Virus record (IMG/VR): IMGVR_UViG_3300029258_005166
Location: 1 to 64,000 of that record
Direction: 5' to 3' (one strand)
From: a virus
DNA: 64,000 nt
Numbering within the stretch: position 1 is the first letter of the stretch; each line of letters starts with the position of its first letter. This document shows positions 38,136-46,902 of the stretch, one piece after another. The notes beneath the pieces are model-generated. The model was not told the origin of the DNA. It saw only the letters and a list, made by a program, of their open reading frames with translations, and made no database searches. The position numbers and the translations under genes were made by a program.

Positions 38136-39058
38136 CCAGTTTTAGATGGATAGAAGATGATCTGTCGGATTTCGTTCATATTGGGACTATCGGTTATGCA
38201 GTCGTTTAGATTGATATTTTGACCATCCCAATCATAAACCCTGGCTCCGTGCGGAAGCGGCCAAAGGAAAGTCGCTATATCCTCTATGTATTTGAACAAT
38301 TCTCCCGGATTCTCTTTTGTTCCCACCAGATTGACTTGATTTTTTTCCACCCATTCGGTCGCTGCTTTGCATTTCGATTGATCTTTATCTGGAGAGGTTA
38401 CATCTCGAATTGTCAGATGCTTGACATCGTATTGCTTACATGAGGCCTTAAGAGCAACTACTTCATCGATGCAGTCAATACCTCCTTTTACCGAGGTGAC
38501 GTTAATACGGACATCAAAATCAAGATCTCGCAGGAATTGGACCGTATCCCAAATCACGAACAACGGCTCTTTAGAACCATGCCGCATAATTTGGGCATTA
38601 CGAAAACTATCGTAATGTGTGATAGAAAGACAAATCAAATTAAGACCTAATTTTCTCCACTCACGAAGATCGTCCTCCATTTTTTGAAGTCTAATCCCAT
38701 TTGTTTGAAGTTCCACAAAGGAGAATGGGATATCATCCATGATAGGATTCGCCCATAAAAACCGTCCACAGCGTCGGGTAAATCTTCCAATCTGCCACAA
38801 CTGATAAGGCCAGAGTATCCCGTTCAATCGGTCCAGATATTGGAATACCGTATCCGGGTAAAGTGTCGGTTCCCCTTTGCCCGTAAAGAGAATGGTCTGG
38901 GCATTACCCTCTTTCGCCAACAATACGAACTTCTTAAACCTACTCCAGTTCGGGGTGGCGGGCATCTTCTCGATTCCCGTCATCTTGGAAATGCAATAAG
39001 GACAGGAAGCATTGCATTTCGCCCCACCGGTCATAACGGAACAGGAGAAGATTTCCAT
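38090..39058 (-). CDS. Radical SAM protein
   Basis: CNASCPYC, FTGKGEPTL, ELQTNG. Confidence 0.88.
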   Translation of the reverse strand: MEIFSCSVMTGGAKCNASCPYCISKMTGIEKMPATPNWSRFKKFVLLAKEGNAQTILFTGKGEPTLYPDTVFQYLDRLNGILWPYQLWQIGRFTRRCGRFLWANPIMDDIPFSFVELQTNGIRLQKMEDDLREWRKLGLNLICLSITHYDSFRNAQIMRHGSKEPLFVIWDTVQFLRDLDFDVRINVTSVKGGIDCIDEVVALKASCKQYDVKHLTIRDVTSPDKDQSKCKAATEWVEKNQVNLVGTKENPGELFKYIEDIATFLWPLPHGARVYDWDGQNINLNDCITDSPNMNEIRQIIFYPSKTGWRIRHDWKYEGAVL

Positions 39059-39441
39059 CAGAATGGCGGCTCCTTACTTTCGTGAATATGCCCACAATCT
39101 TGGCATTTCCATCGAAATACAGCATTCGGATCTCGCACAAGAAAGGTATTCAAATAGTTGCCAAGATATTTGATAAGGACAATCAATTGTTCGGTTTCAA
39201 GAGTAGAATCCGACTGTAATTCACAAGGTCTATCGCAATATTCGCCCAGACATTCGATTTTTTGCTTCCTGGGAAAAAGATCACCATTAGCGATTTCATC
39301 TTCACATTCGTCACTCCCAGGACATTGAGAGCGGCACCAGTTACAGACAAAGAATCCCTTGAGGTCAACCTTCGGAGGCCCATTCCATGAGTTTTCTTGA
39401 GATGAGGGGCAATGCTTTTCGGAGACCATCTTCATCCTCAA
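39058..39441 (-). CDS. Cys-rich zinc-finger protein
   Basis: CNWC, CQDC. Confidence 0.5.
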   Translation of the reverse strand: MRMKMVSEKHCPSSQENSWNGPPKVDLKGFFVCNWCRSQCPGSDECEDEIANGDLFPRKQKIECLGEYCDRPCELQSDSTLETEQLIVLIKYLGNYLNTFLVRDPNAVFRWKCQDCGHIHESKEPPF

Positions 39442-39646
39442 AAGGTCTTAGTGATAGAATTTGTTTGAGTCTTTTGGGGCCGATACCTTTAATTTTAGCT
39501 AGCTCGTCTTCTTTTGCTTCGTTCAATCTTGCTATCGGTTTTGGTATGCTTGGTGGCTCTGGTTTGTTTGGTTGTTCGGGCTCTGGTTCGACTAATTCGC
39601 CTACGTCTAGATTTCTTTTTTTCCAATCTTTCCAACTTGGCAGCAT
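39365..39646 (-). CDS. Helix-hairpin-helix DNA-binding protein (ComEA-like)
   Basis: LNEA...EL.KIKGIGPK....I...RPF. Confidence 0.8.
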   Translation of the reverse strand: MLPSWKDWKKRNLDVGELVEPEPEQPNKPEPPSIPKPIARLNEAKEDELAKIKGIGPKRLKQILSLRPFEDEDGLRKALPLISRKLMEWASEG

Positions 39647-39917
39647 TTTTCTCCTTTTGCTTTTGTCTTTTCTCGCAGGCTTTTTGGGCGGTTTCTTTCT
39701 TAGTATGTTCGCTGATAATCTCCCAGCATTTATTATTATTTAGTTCCTCAGCGTACCATTTATCAGCCCATTTTTGCTTCTTCGGGGCTTGCTCCCCATA
39801 CCTTATATGAGAAAAAACTACCCGATATTTCCCGCATTTCGTGCCCCAAATCTTGCGATCTGCCACTATCGTTTGGTCCTTTCGACAGCGTTTGTTCCAG
39901 ACCAGGGGTTTAATCAT
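39495..39917 (-). CDS. Basic hypothetical protein
   Basis: ATGA coupling with udg 3' end; GGAGG RBS. Confidence 0.55.
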   Translation of the reverse strand: MIKPLVWNKRCRKDQTIVADRKIWGTKCGKYRVVFSHIRYGEQAPKKQKWADKWYAEELNNNKCWEIISEHTKKETAQKACEKRQKQKEKNAAKLERLEKKKSRRRRISRTRARTTKQTRATKHTKTDSKIERSKRRRAS

Positions 39918-40526
39918 GAAATAGTGCCTCCATTAACTTGATCCCTTAGTTTGAGCAGAAGTTGAATGTCGTCCCATGTGTCCTTTTTCGCTTTGGGATT
40001 GCGAAGCAAGTATGAAGGATGATACCACACCAAAAACCAATAGCGGCTCCCAGTCTCATAAACTTTTCCTCGCAATGGTCCCAACGCTTGTATTTCTCCC
40101 AGAAAATTCTCTGCCGCATATTTTCCAAGACAGACAACAAACCTCGGATTTATTATTTCAAGCTGAAGATCAAAGATCGGCCTGCAATTCTTGATTTCTT
40201 CGGGTTTGGGATTTCGATTGTCAGGTGGCCAACATTTCAAGACGTTCATCTTTCTCAGGGTCCAAACCTCCACTTTCCAAAATGTTGTCGAGCAATTTGC
40301 CTGCCCGACCCACAAAGGCTAATCCCTCTCTATTCTCGTCACGACCTGGAGCTTCTCCCACCAACACAATATCTGCATCGGGATTTCCTGACTTCGCTAA
40401 CTGATTGTCTTCCTCGTAATTTATATTGTCAAAGACAATTTGTGTTCTGTTAGCAACTAATTCTGGACATTTTTGACATTCACAAACTTTTGCTTTTAAC
40501 AATTTAAGCATTTCTAGTTTTGTCAT
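39914..40526 (-). pseudogene. udg: Family 4 uracil-DNA glycosylase with element-supplied 5' end; frameshifted near 40250
   Basis: C..C..L..R, VGEAPG, FVGRAGKLLD in one frame; NVLKC.PP.NRNP...E..C and YHPSYLLRNP in another. Confidence 0.88.
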
Positions 40527-40531
40527 TTTGA

Positions 40532-40774
40532 TTATTCCTGCTTAAACGGTTTACCGTCATCTTCTTTCCAAAATCGTCCATTCAAAAAGACAAATTCAGT
40601 TCCTAATTGAACAAATGCCTCATCACCACGCTCATTGAAATATCGTGTGATAACATTAGGAGAATTAACTGGTCCATTGAGGGAAGGAGTAATTTTTACC
40701 TCTTGTGAAACATATAACTTATCTTTGTTGCCATCTGCATCAATTATGGGTATAATTCTCACTTCGTTTTGCAT
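40532..40774 (-). CDS. Small element-borne hypothetical protein
   Basis: 80-aa ORF in the element operon, GGAG RBS. Confidence 0.6.
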   Translation of the reverse strand: MQNEVRIIPIIDADGNKDKLYVSQEVKITPSLNGPVNSPNVITRYFNERGDEAFVQLGTEFVFLNGRFWKEDDGKPFKQE

Positions 40775-41400
40775 GAATCGTTCTCCATCTTTTTATTTAT
40801 AGCATCTACTAACTTTGTCATAGGACGCAAGGTATCAACAGGCAATACATAATTTAAGTGACCGTTGCCTTTGCGTCCTGGTTCTACGTTGCATTTTTCG
40901 ACATCTTGCTTTAAGGCAAATCCTGTCATAACAACAATTGCGGACTTCTTCTCTCGATTTTCTTGTTCAATATATGCACATACGAAAATGTCTTTATCAA
41001 GAGGAATCTTCTTTCCCCATTCATTTGTGTGATATATCAACACATCCTCACGGTATCGCATCGCACATTTCATATCAGCTTTATATCCGAAAATTAAATT
41101 GTCTTGCCGATCTCCACCACGCTTATATTCCGTATCAACAGGCAATCCAGTTAATTTACCAAAAGCCATTTGTGCTAAAATGCCAGTTCGGGCAGGTTTG
41201 TATTTATCATCTTTTGTTGCTCCTAAACCTGCTCCATAAGCCCCTGGTTTCGAGTTTCCCCAAAAATTACCTCCTTGTGAGGCTCGCTCGCATTCTTCAT
41301 ATTCTTGCCCCTCGACTTCTACTACAATACATTCTTTTTCTCTTCCATTAAATTGCCGTTTCGCAATTTGTGGCTGAAAAATCTTCGTTGGATGATACAT
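40759..41400 (-). CDS. Putative restriction endonuclease (divergent PD-(D/E)XK-like)
   Basis: G.LAQMAF..D....GGD..D......DMK pattern; directly downstream of the MTase. Confidence 0.5.
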   Translation of the reverse strand: MYHPTKIFQPQIAKRQFNGREKECIVVEVEGQEYEECERASQGGNFWGNSKPGAYGAGLGATKDDKYKPARTGILAQMAFGKLTGLPVDTEYKRGGDRQDNLIFGYKADMKCAMRYREDVLIYHTNEWGKKIPLDKDIFVCAYIEQENREKKSAIVVMTGFALKQDVEKCNVEPGRKGNGHLNYVLPVDTLRPMTKLVDAINKKMENDSCKTK

Positions 41401-42343
41401 TAAAAATCCTTTCATTAAGAACATCCTTGATTATACATCCACTAGGATAAATTAGCAATTCCATTTTTGTTCTTGTCAGCCGTTCGCCTGTCTTCTTATC
41501 TTTCAAGGCTGTAATGCTATAATTCACTCCATCAATTTCTTCGATAAATGCCCAATTATATAAATCCCTAATTTCTGGACAATCATCATAAGATAAGACC
41601 CATTGATGTTTCGTATTTTTTAATGAAGTAGCCAAACGATGATGGTCTTCCTCGGTGAAGCCATGTTGATATAAGTCATTGCCTTTCACAAAATACGGTG
41701 GATCGAGATAAATTACAGCATCGTTTTCGGTGTCATCAATAACATCAGCAAAATCCAGGCAAGTGCATCTGTTCTTTCTAATTGAAAGCCCAACCATTTT
41801 TGTATGAAGTTGGTCAATTTTCTTGCAAATATAATCAGGCGACCAACGACAATCAATTGGATACTTAACTTCATCAGTCATACCACGTCCAGCAATATTT
41901 TCTTTTTTTCGCCCACCGAGCGGGCCACCTGACATTGTGCCAAGACCTGAATATGAAATTTGATGGATTGCTAATTTCATAAAACCATATTGAGCGATTT
42001 CTTCGGCAGTTTTGGGTTTTGTTGGATTTTCCGCAGTAAGTTCTGTTTTGAAATCATCAAACTTTTTCACTGATGGCGTGAATTTATTAACCAATTTTTT
42101 CAAAAAGTCAGGATGTTGAATAACGGAAGTCCAAAGGCAGGAAATGCCTAAGTCATTATCATTGATCCATAGTTTCTTAATCAATGTATTATCTTGAAGA
42201 ACTTTCAATCCGATACTGCCACCACCAAAGAAAGGTTCTCGATATTCAAGATTATGTCCGTTTGCAATTGTGTCTAACCGAGCGGCAATTTGATTTCTTA
42301 ATTTACTTTTTCCGCCTGGATACCTAAAAAAGCTCATTGTCAT
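41348..42343 (-). CDS. Dam-like (D12 class) N6-adenine DNA methyltransferase
   Basis: RYPGGKSK, EPFFGGGS, INDND, IYLDPPY. Confidence 0.92.
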   Translation of the reverse strand: MTMSFFRYPGGKSKLRNQIAARLDTIANGHNLEYREPFFGGGSIGLKVLQDNTLIKKLWINDNDLGISCLWTSVIQHPDFLKKLVNKFTPSVKKFDDFKTELTAENPTKPKTAEEIAQYGFMKLAIHQISYSGLGTMSGGPLGGRKKENIAGRGMTDEVKYPIDCRWSPDYICKKIDQLHTKMVGLSIRKNRCTCLDFADVIDDTENDAVIYLDPPYFVKGNDLYQHGFTEEDHHRLATSLKNTKHQWVLSYDDCPEIRDLYNWAFIEEIDGVNYSITALKDKKTGERLTRTKMELLIYPSGCIIKDVLNERIFNVSSNEDFSATNCETAI

Positions 42344-42371
42344 GGTTCTCCTAGTTCTTATTATATTTGTT

Positions 42372-44444
42372 TTATACTTCTGTTGCAACGGCAACTTCTA
42401 ATTCCTTAACTGAAAGAAATTGTCCTTTCTCGTTGCGTTGTATTTTTTGCTTTTTCTTACTTTCTGATATTTTCTTACGAGTTTCTTCATTCATTGGCTT
42501 TCCCAGACGGCAATTCCTACGTCCGTTGTATTTTTCATTGATCGCTTTAAATTCTTTTGAGTCCAAAATTTGTTTCGGAATAAATGGATTGACCGAGATT
42601 ATTTCAACTCGACATATTTTACAGATGTTGTTTTTCTCGCCAGTCGTGTCAAAATGCAATTTGATTTCTTTAAGATGAGGACGTAACAAAATTGCTTTGT
42701 CTTCACCGCTCGCTTGTAATACGTCTTTGCAAAGAGTTTCAATGGTCGAAGCCATTTTCAATAAATGTTCTTTGGCACGACGATATTCTGGCACTAAAGA
42801 AACCAGATTCGCTTCTAGCACTTCAATTTCTAGTTGTTTATCCTTGATGAATTGTTTAACATCGGGGTCGTCTGCTATATCACTGAATTTCAAAATCAAT
42901 TTTTGTTTTTCAGATTTTAGATCAGCGATTTTAGATTTTACCGACTGACTGGCTTCATCAAATATTTCTTGATATGTAAGCTCGAAATAATCAGCATTGG
43001 CATCAGTTGCCGTATATTTCCAAGCACGTTTTTGGAAATTCTTGGTCTTTTCTTCGTCGGTTTCGCCAGGAAGGTTTGTCAAAATAAATCGGTACATCTT
43101 CTGGGCGACTTCGCCGCAAAACTCATTGGCATTGGATGACTTCACTTTCTCACAAAGAGCGGTATAACTTTGTCCAAGCCATTTAAGCCAATTGTCGATT
43201 ATTTCATGGATAACATCGGCTTTGACAGCACCACATTTATTACAGCGATAATTTTTTGACGGCTTCCATTTTGTGCTATTGGAGACATAAAGAATATCTT
43301 GACAATTATCACAGAACAAAAAACACTTCGCCCAAAAATCACCTAAATTAGCTCGTCGTAATCGTTTATAATCAGTTTGATTGTCTTTGAGGTATTTGTT
43401 TATTCTATCCCATTGCTCCACCGAAATAATGCGAATGGACGTTCGTTCTTCTTCGGTTAGAGGGACGACAACTATCTCGGTATTCAACCGAGCAGTTTTG
43501 GCTTTCGAGACTTGATTATCAATTGGATAACCCTTGTAGATTGAATTTGTTAATATGCACTTGATCGTCTTGGCACCCCACTGCGAACTCATACTTTTGA
43601 TGTTTTTCGCATTCAAAATACAAGCAATTTCGTGCGAGGTTTTATAGTTTGGAGCATCAGCCAGATCAAAGATTTCTTTTATAATTTTGGCACGTTCGAC
43701 ATTGATGATTTCTGTTTTTCGGTCGCCTTTTTCCATTGACGGGGCAGACGTAAGCAACACCCAATTATGACCATCTTGAACCCATTGATCGTGATATGCT
43801 TCTCGCTTGCCATCTGGTAATTCTTTCCATCGCATCAATGCGTAATTGGCACGACTTCTGGTATTTTTAGGTGGATCAGTCCAGTGTCGTCCCTCACATT
43901 TTTTGTAGCCATCGTAAATGACCTTATATTTGAAGGTTCCTTCACGATTGAACACAATCCAGTCGTATCCATAAGCACACATTTTGCCAGGGCTAGATTT
44001 TTTCTCAATGGTTTTGCGACGGGCAATTTGAGTTCTATATCCTTTCTTTTCTATTTCGGCAGAAGAAGCCAGTTGATTTTGCACTGTTCTCATTGTTGAC
44101 GCAAGATCGTTCATATCAACAATTTGTTCATCATTGGCAGTGATGATTTTTATATCCAACTGCTTCAAAGAGGTGATGAAAAACCCAATTTCGGCAGGAT
44201 TTTTGAAGCCAATTCTATCGTGATCTCGATAAATGACATATTCTGGTTTGGTGGTTTTTAATTTAGAAATTAAATTTTGTGCTTCATCGAGCATGTCCCA
44301 GCGTGGTACGCCATTTAATGTTATTTCATCAATCATTTTCCAACCCATTTTGCTAATAAACGGATCAATTATCATGTCTTGATTAGACAGTTCCATCGGG
44401 TCAGAAACATTGGATTTTCTTCTTATTTTAACACAAGTAGTCAT
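42372..44444 (-). CDS. Large serine recombinase/integrase with C-terminal NUMOD3-like motif
   Basis: RKS...Q catalytic region, DRIG, AYGY, IKCILTNSIYKG, IIS.EQWD, C..C/YRC zinc ribbon, coiled coil, MNEETRKKISES. Confidence 0.88.
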   Translation of the reverse strand: MTTCVKIRRKSNVSDPMELSNQDMIIDPFISKMGWKMIDEITLNGVPRWDMLDEAQNLISKLKTTKPEYVIYRDHDRIGFKNPAEIGFFITSLKQLDIKIITANDEQIVDMNDLASTMRTVQNQLASSAEIEKKGYRTQIARRKTIEKKSSPGKMCAYGYDWIVFNREGTFKYKVIYDGYKKCEGRHWTDPPKNTRSRANYALMRWKELPDGKREAYHDQWVQDGHNWVLLTSAPSMEKGDRKTEIINVERAKIIKEIFDLADAPNYKTSHEIACILNAKNIKSMSSQWGAKTIKCILTNSIYKGYPIDNQVSKAKTARLNTEIVVVPLTEEERTSIRIISVEQWDRINKYLKDNQTDYKRLRRANLGDFWAKCFLFCDNCQDILYVSNSTKWKPSKNYRCNKCGAVKADVIHEIIDNWLKWLGQSYTALCEKVKSSNANEFCGEVAQKMYRFILTNLPGETDEEKTKNFQKRAWKYTATDANADYFELTYQEIFDEASQSVKSKIADLKSEKQKLILKFSDIADDPDVKQFIKDKQLEIEVLEANLVSLVPEYRRAKEHLLKMASTIETLCKDVLQASGEDKAILLRPHLKEIKLHFDTTGEKNNICKICRVEIISVNPFIPKQILDSKEFKAINEKYNGRRNCRLGKPMNEETRKKISESKKKQKIQRNEKGQFLSVKELEVAVATEV

Positions 44445-44619
44445 CTCCGAATTTTCCTTTTTGATACCTTATATAGAGTATCATTTACAGAAATTTTCAG
44501 AGAAAATCCGAAAATAATTTGACCTATAAAAGAACAGTCGGAGAAGGCAGAAAGTGTCTAAAAATACCTGATGCGGGAGTGGTTTAGACCAGAAGGGTCA
44601 AGATAGCCGAATAAAACGG

Positions 44620-44748
44620 CTAATTAGAGAAGCAAGGATTGCCCCGACCTAGAACAGTCTGAATGCGAAACTCAACAAGTTCCTTACACTTCTTGCACTT
44701 GGCTATCTTCTGCCCCAGTTGTTTTAGTAGATCTTTTTTCGTCGTCAT
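44620..44748 (-). pseudogene. udg: Displaced native 5' end of udg (not in ORF track)
   Basis: MTTKKDLLKQLGQKIAKCKKCKELVEFRIQTVLGRGNP|CFSN*. Confidence 0.88.
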
Positions 44749-45517
44749 ACTTGTAATTTACCTTAAATCCATTTTCTTGGACGAAAAGGAGGGTGTTAAG
44801 CATGGAAGCTGGCATTCCCATGTCGCTCCAAAAACCAGATATGTAGTTTACGCTCATCTTTCCCAATTGGAAATACTCATTGTTGATGTCGGTGATTTCC
44901 AATTCGCCTCTGTCACTGATATTCAAACGATTCGCGATTTCATAGACATGCCGTGTGTAAAGATACAGCCCAGTTACCGCCCAATTCCCCTTAGGCTTTC
45001 TAGGCTTTTCTTCAATGTAATGTCTCTGGCCTGCCACCGTGTATACGCCAAATCGTTCGGGATCGGGAACTTCTTTTACAAAAATCGAGGCAAGCGGCGG
45101 ATCATAGCCACGACGGTGATTGATTTCAAATATATCGAATTGCTTTTTGAAAAGGTCTTCGTAGAAATTGTCGCCCAAAATGACGGCAAAGGGATCGTCT
45201 TGAGTAAAATCTTCTGCCAATTTTAAGGCAGATGCGATGCCTAATTCAACATGTGCAACATCTTGAACCTTGTAGGTAAATCTCGCCCCGAAGTTCCATC
45301 CATCCCCCAGATTTTCGATTATAGATCCGCTGTGTTCCCTACTGGAAATGACAAGAATATCTGTAATACCACTCCGAATCAACGTATTGATCGGATAGAA
45401 AATCATCGGGACGGCTCCATCATTTCCCGAATACAAAGGACACAGATGTTTGTTGGTTGCTAGGGTCGAAGGTCGCATCCTCGTTCCATAGCCACCTGCT
45501 AAAATAACCCCTCTCAT
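44684..45517 (-). CDS. rmlA: Glucose-1-phosphate thymidylyltransferase-like nucleotidyltransferase
   Basis: GVILAGGYGTR, NKHL.P, ILGDN, EEKP, RGELEITD, W.DMG. Confidence 0.9.
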   Translation of the reverse strand: MRGVILAGGYGTRMRPSTLATNKHLCPLYSGNDGAVPMIFYPINTLIRSGITDILVISSREHSGSIIENLGDGWNFGARFTYKVQDVAHVELGIASALKLAEDFTQDDPFAVILGDNFYEDLFKKQFDIFEINHRRGYDPPLASIFVKEVPDPERFGVYTVAGQRHYIEEKPRKPKGNWAVTGLYLYTRHVYEIANRLNISDRGELEITDINNEYFQLGKMSVNYISGFWSDMGMPASMLNTLLFVQENGFKVNYKYDDEKRSTKTTGAEDSQVQEV

Positions 45518-45526
45518 GTTTGCCCC

Positions 45527-46096
45527 CTAATTCAATCTAACGTCAGTTGGAACGTGATTAAGTCCCAATTGTTGCCATTTTTGTCGGCTCAAAGCCATAT
45601 AGCCTTTCTTCCATACGTCAGGTACATACATGCGATCAGGATCGGTGCCAAAGATTATGTCGAACTGGGGAACCTCTTGGGGAAAAACCAACCAACCAAA
45701 ATTGGCAATTTCATTTTCCAATTGTTCTCTGTCCCATTTGGCATAACCTGTTAAAATTCGAAAAGAGTCCTTGGAGATGACAATCTGATTCAATTTGTCG
45801 CTTGTCATGCTCCAATAGAGTCCCGGAAGAACTTCATCTTCGGAAAACTCGGGGCTTTTATGAATCGCATGCATGGGCCCAAATACAGGTCCACCAAAGT
45901 AGATCGAATCTTCCCGTTGACACTTGCAATTGGTATCGAGATCAGACCAGACTTCTTTCAGGGATTGTCCAATTGGCCTATTTAAGATAGCCCCCGTTAC
46001 CAAGTCCTCGTCTTCTCTGAGAATCAGAACTAGGCTACGACGGAACTCGTCGGGCCGCCCAGGAGAGGCAATAAGTAACTGACCAACTCGGCTCAT
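45527..46096 (-). CDS. yqgE: YqgE/AlgH family protein
   Basis: GQLLIASP, F.RSLV, G.ILNRP, GGPV, GYA.W...QLE.EI. Confidence 0.9.
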   Translation of the reverse strand: MSRVGQLLIASPGRPDEFRRSLVLILREDEDLVTGAILNRPIGQSLKEVWSDLDTNCKCQREDSIYFGGPVFGPMHAIHKSPEFSEDEVLPGLYWSMTSDKLNQIVISKDSFRILTGYAKWDREQLENEIANFGWLVFPQEVPQFDIIFGTDPDRMYVPDVWKKGYMALSRQKWQQLGLNHVPTDVRLN

Positions 46097-46115
46097 AGGT
46101 CTTCCTTTCTGACCT

Positions 46116-46144
46116 ATTGTAGCTTAGACTTTGCTTTCTGTAAA
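46116..46144 (-). promoter_or_regulatory. Sigma70-type promoter of the yqgE-rmlA-udg operon
   Basis: TTTACA-N17-TACAAT. Confidence 0.65.
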
Positions 46145-46145
46145 G

Positions 46146-46718
46146 TTAGCCCTCTTTGATAATCTGTACTCCCGACATTGGATCTTCGTTCAAAAGTTTC
46201 TCTGTCCCATCTTTGGGGGATGTTGGAACCTCGTTAAGGGGCTGCGGTTCTGTCGGTGGGACTACGTGTTCTACAGTGCCCTCTGCGGTTACTTGATCCG
46301 GTTGATTCAAAATCAGTTTTTCTTCCATTTCCTCTTCCTTTGCTTCATTAAGCGGTTCTAGTTCGGCCTCAGGTTGGGTTTCAGGTCTCGATTCGGATTC
46401 TTCCGGTGGACGAACGGTCTTAACCAAAATGGCCTCGCGATTCCTTACGCACTGCATAAAATAATCGTCCCCGTCCCATTCTCCGCTTCCTGGCACCGTT
46501 GTGCCATCTGAATTGTATACTACAGGGCCAACAACCGTGACCGATTCTCCGGTCAAAACGGAGATACCCGGCTTGGGAAGTTCTAAAGTGGCTTTATTTC
46601 GATTGCGGAATCGATATAAGCCCTTTCCTTGAAGATGATGGTCCATAAGTGCTTTCCTTTCGGCCATCTTCTCATATTTTGTCTTTTTGCGTCTAGACGT
46701 AACGTGTCTTGTTGTCAT
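46146..46718 (-). CDS. Hypothetical protein with repeated PLNE/LLNE motifs
   Basis: GAGGT RBS; ATAAATA at 46804-46810. Confidence 0.75.
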   Translation of the reverse strand: MTTRHVTSRRKKTKYEKMAERKALMDHHLQGKGLYRFRNRNKATLELPKPGISVLTGESVTVVGPVVYNSDGTTVPGSGEWDGDDYFMQCVRNREAILVKTVRPPEESESRPETQPEAELEPLNEAKEEEMEEKLILNQPDQVTAEGTVEHVVPPTEPQPLNEVPTSPKDGTEKLLNEDPMSGVQIIKEG

Positions 46719-46741
46719 GCTGACCTCATTTCTAGTTGTTA

Positions 46742-46771
46742 GTTGTGAATACGAAGCCTCCACAATGGCAT
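46742..46771. repeat. Dispersed 30-nt repeat, copy 2
   Basis: GTTGTGAATACGAAGCCTCCACAATGGCAT. Confidence 0.8.
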
Positions 46772-46828
46772 TAAAAGAGTGACATTAAGAAAATATCACA
46801 CTCTATTTATTAACCGAGGGTAAAAAAT

Positions 46829-46859
46829 AACCCACTTTCGCCGTAGGCGAAAGTGGGTT
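46829..46859. terminator. Hairpin with TCGCC-GTA-GGCGA core, likely bidirectional terminator
   Basis: AACCCACTTTCGCC GTA GGCGAAAGTGGGTT flanked by A/T runs. Confidence 0.82.
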
Positions 46860-46902
46860 TTTTCGATCCGTTCGGAAAGGAGGTTTAACACCTTACGGTG
46901 CT

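Larger units (their letters stand above)
40384..44640 (-). mobile_element. 4255-bp serine-integrase element integrated in udg
   Basis: GGATT direct repeat at 40381-40385 and 44636-44640; reconstructed attP is a 12/15 inverted repeat about a central AA; AT-richer than flanks; native udg 5' end lies outside the right junction. Confidence 0.9.

Noticed and set aside
38090-39058. Radical SAM protein as a viperin or base-modification enzyme
   Set aside because: Only generic radical SAM motifs are visible; no subfamily signature or supporting neighbours.
40240-40260. Programmed frameshift in udg
   Set aside because: No slippery heptamer is present and conserved residues are missing, which fits a deletion better.
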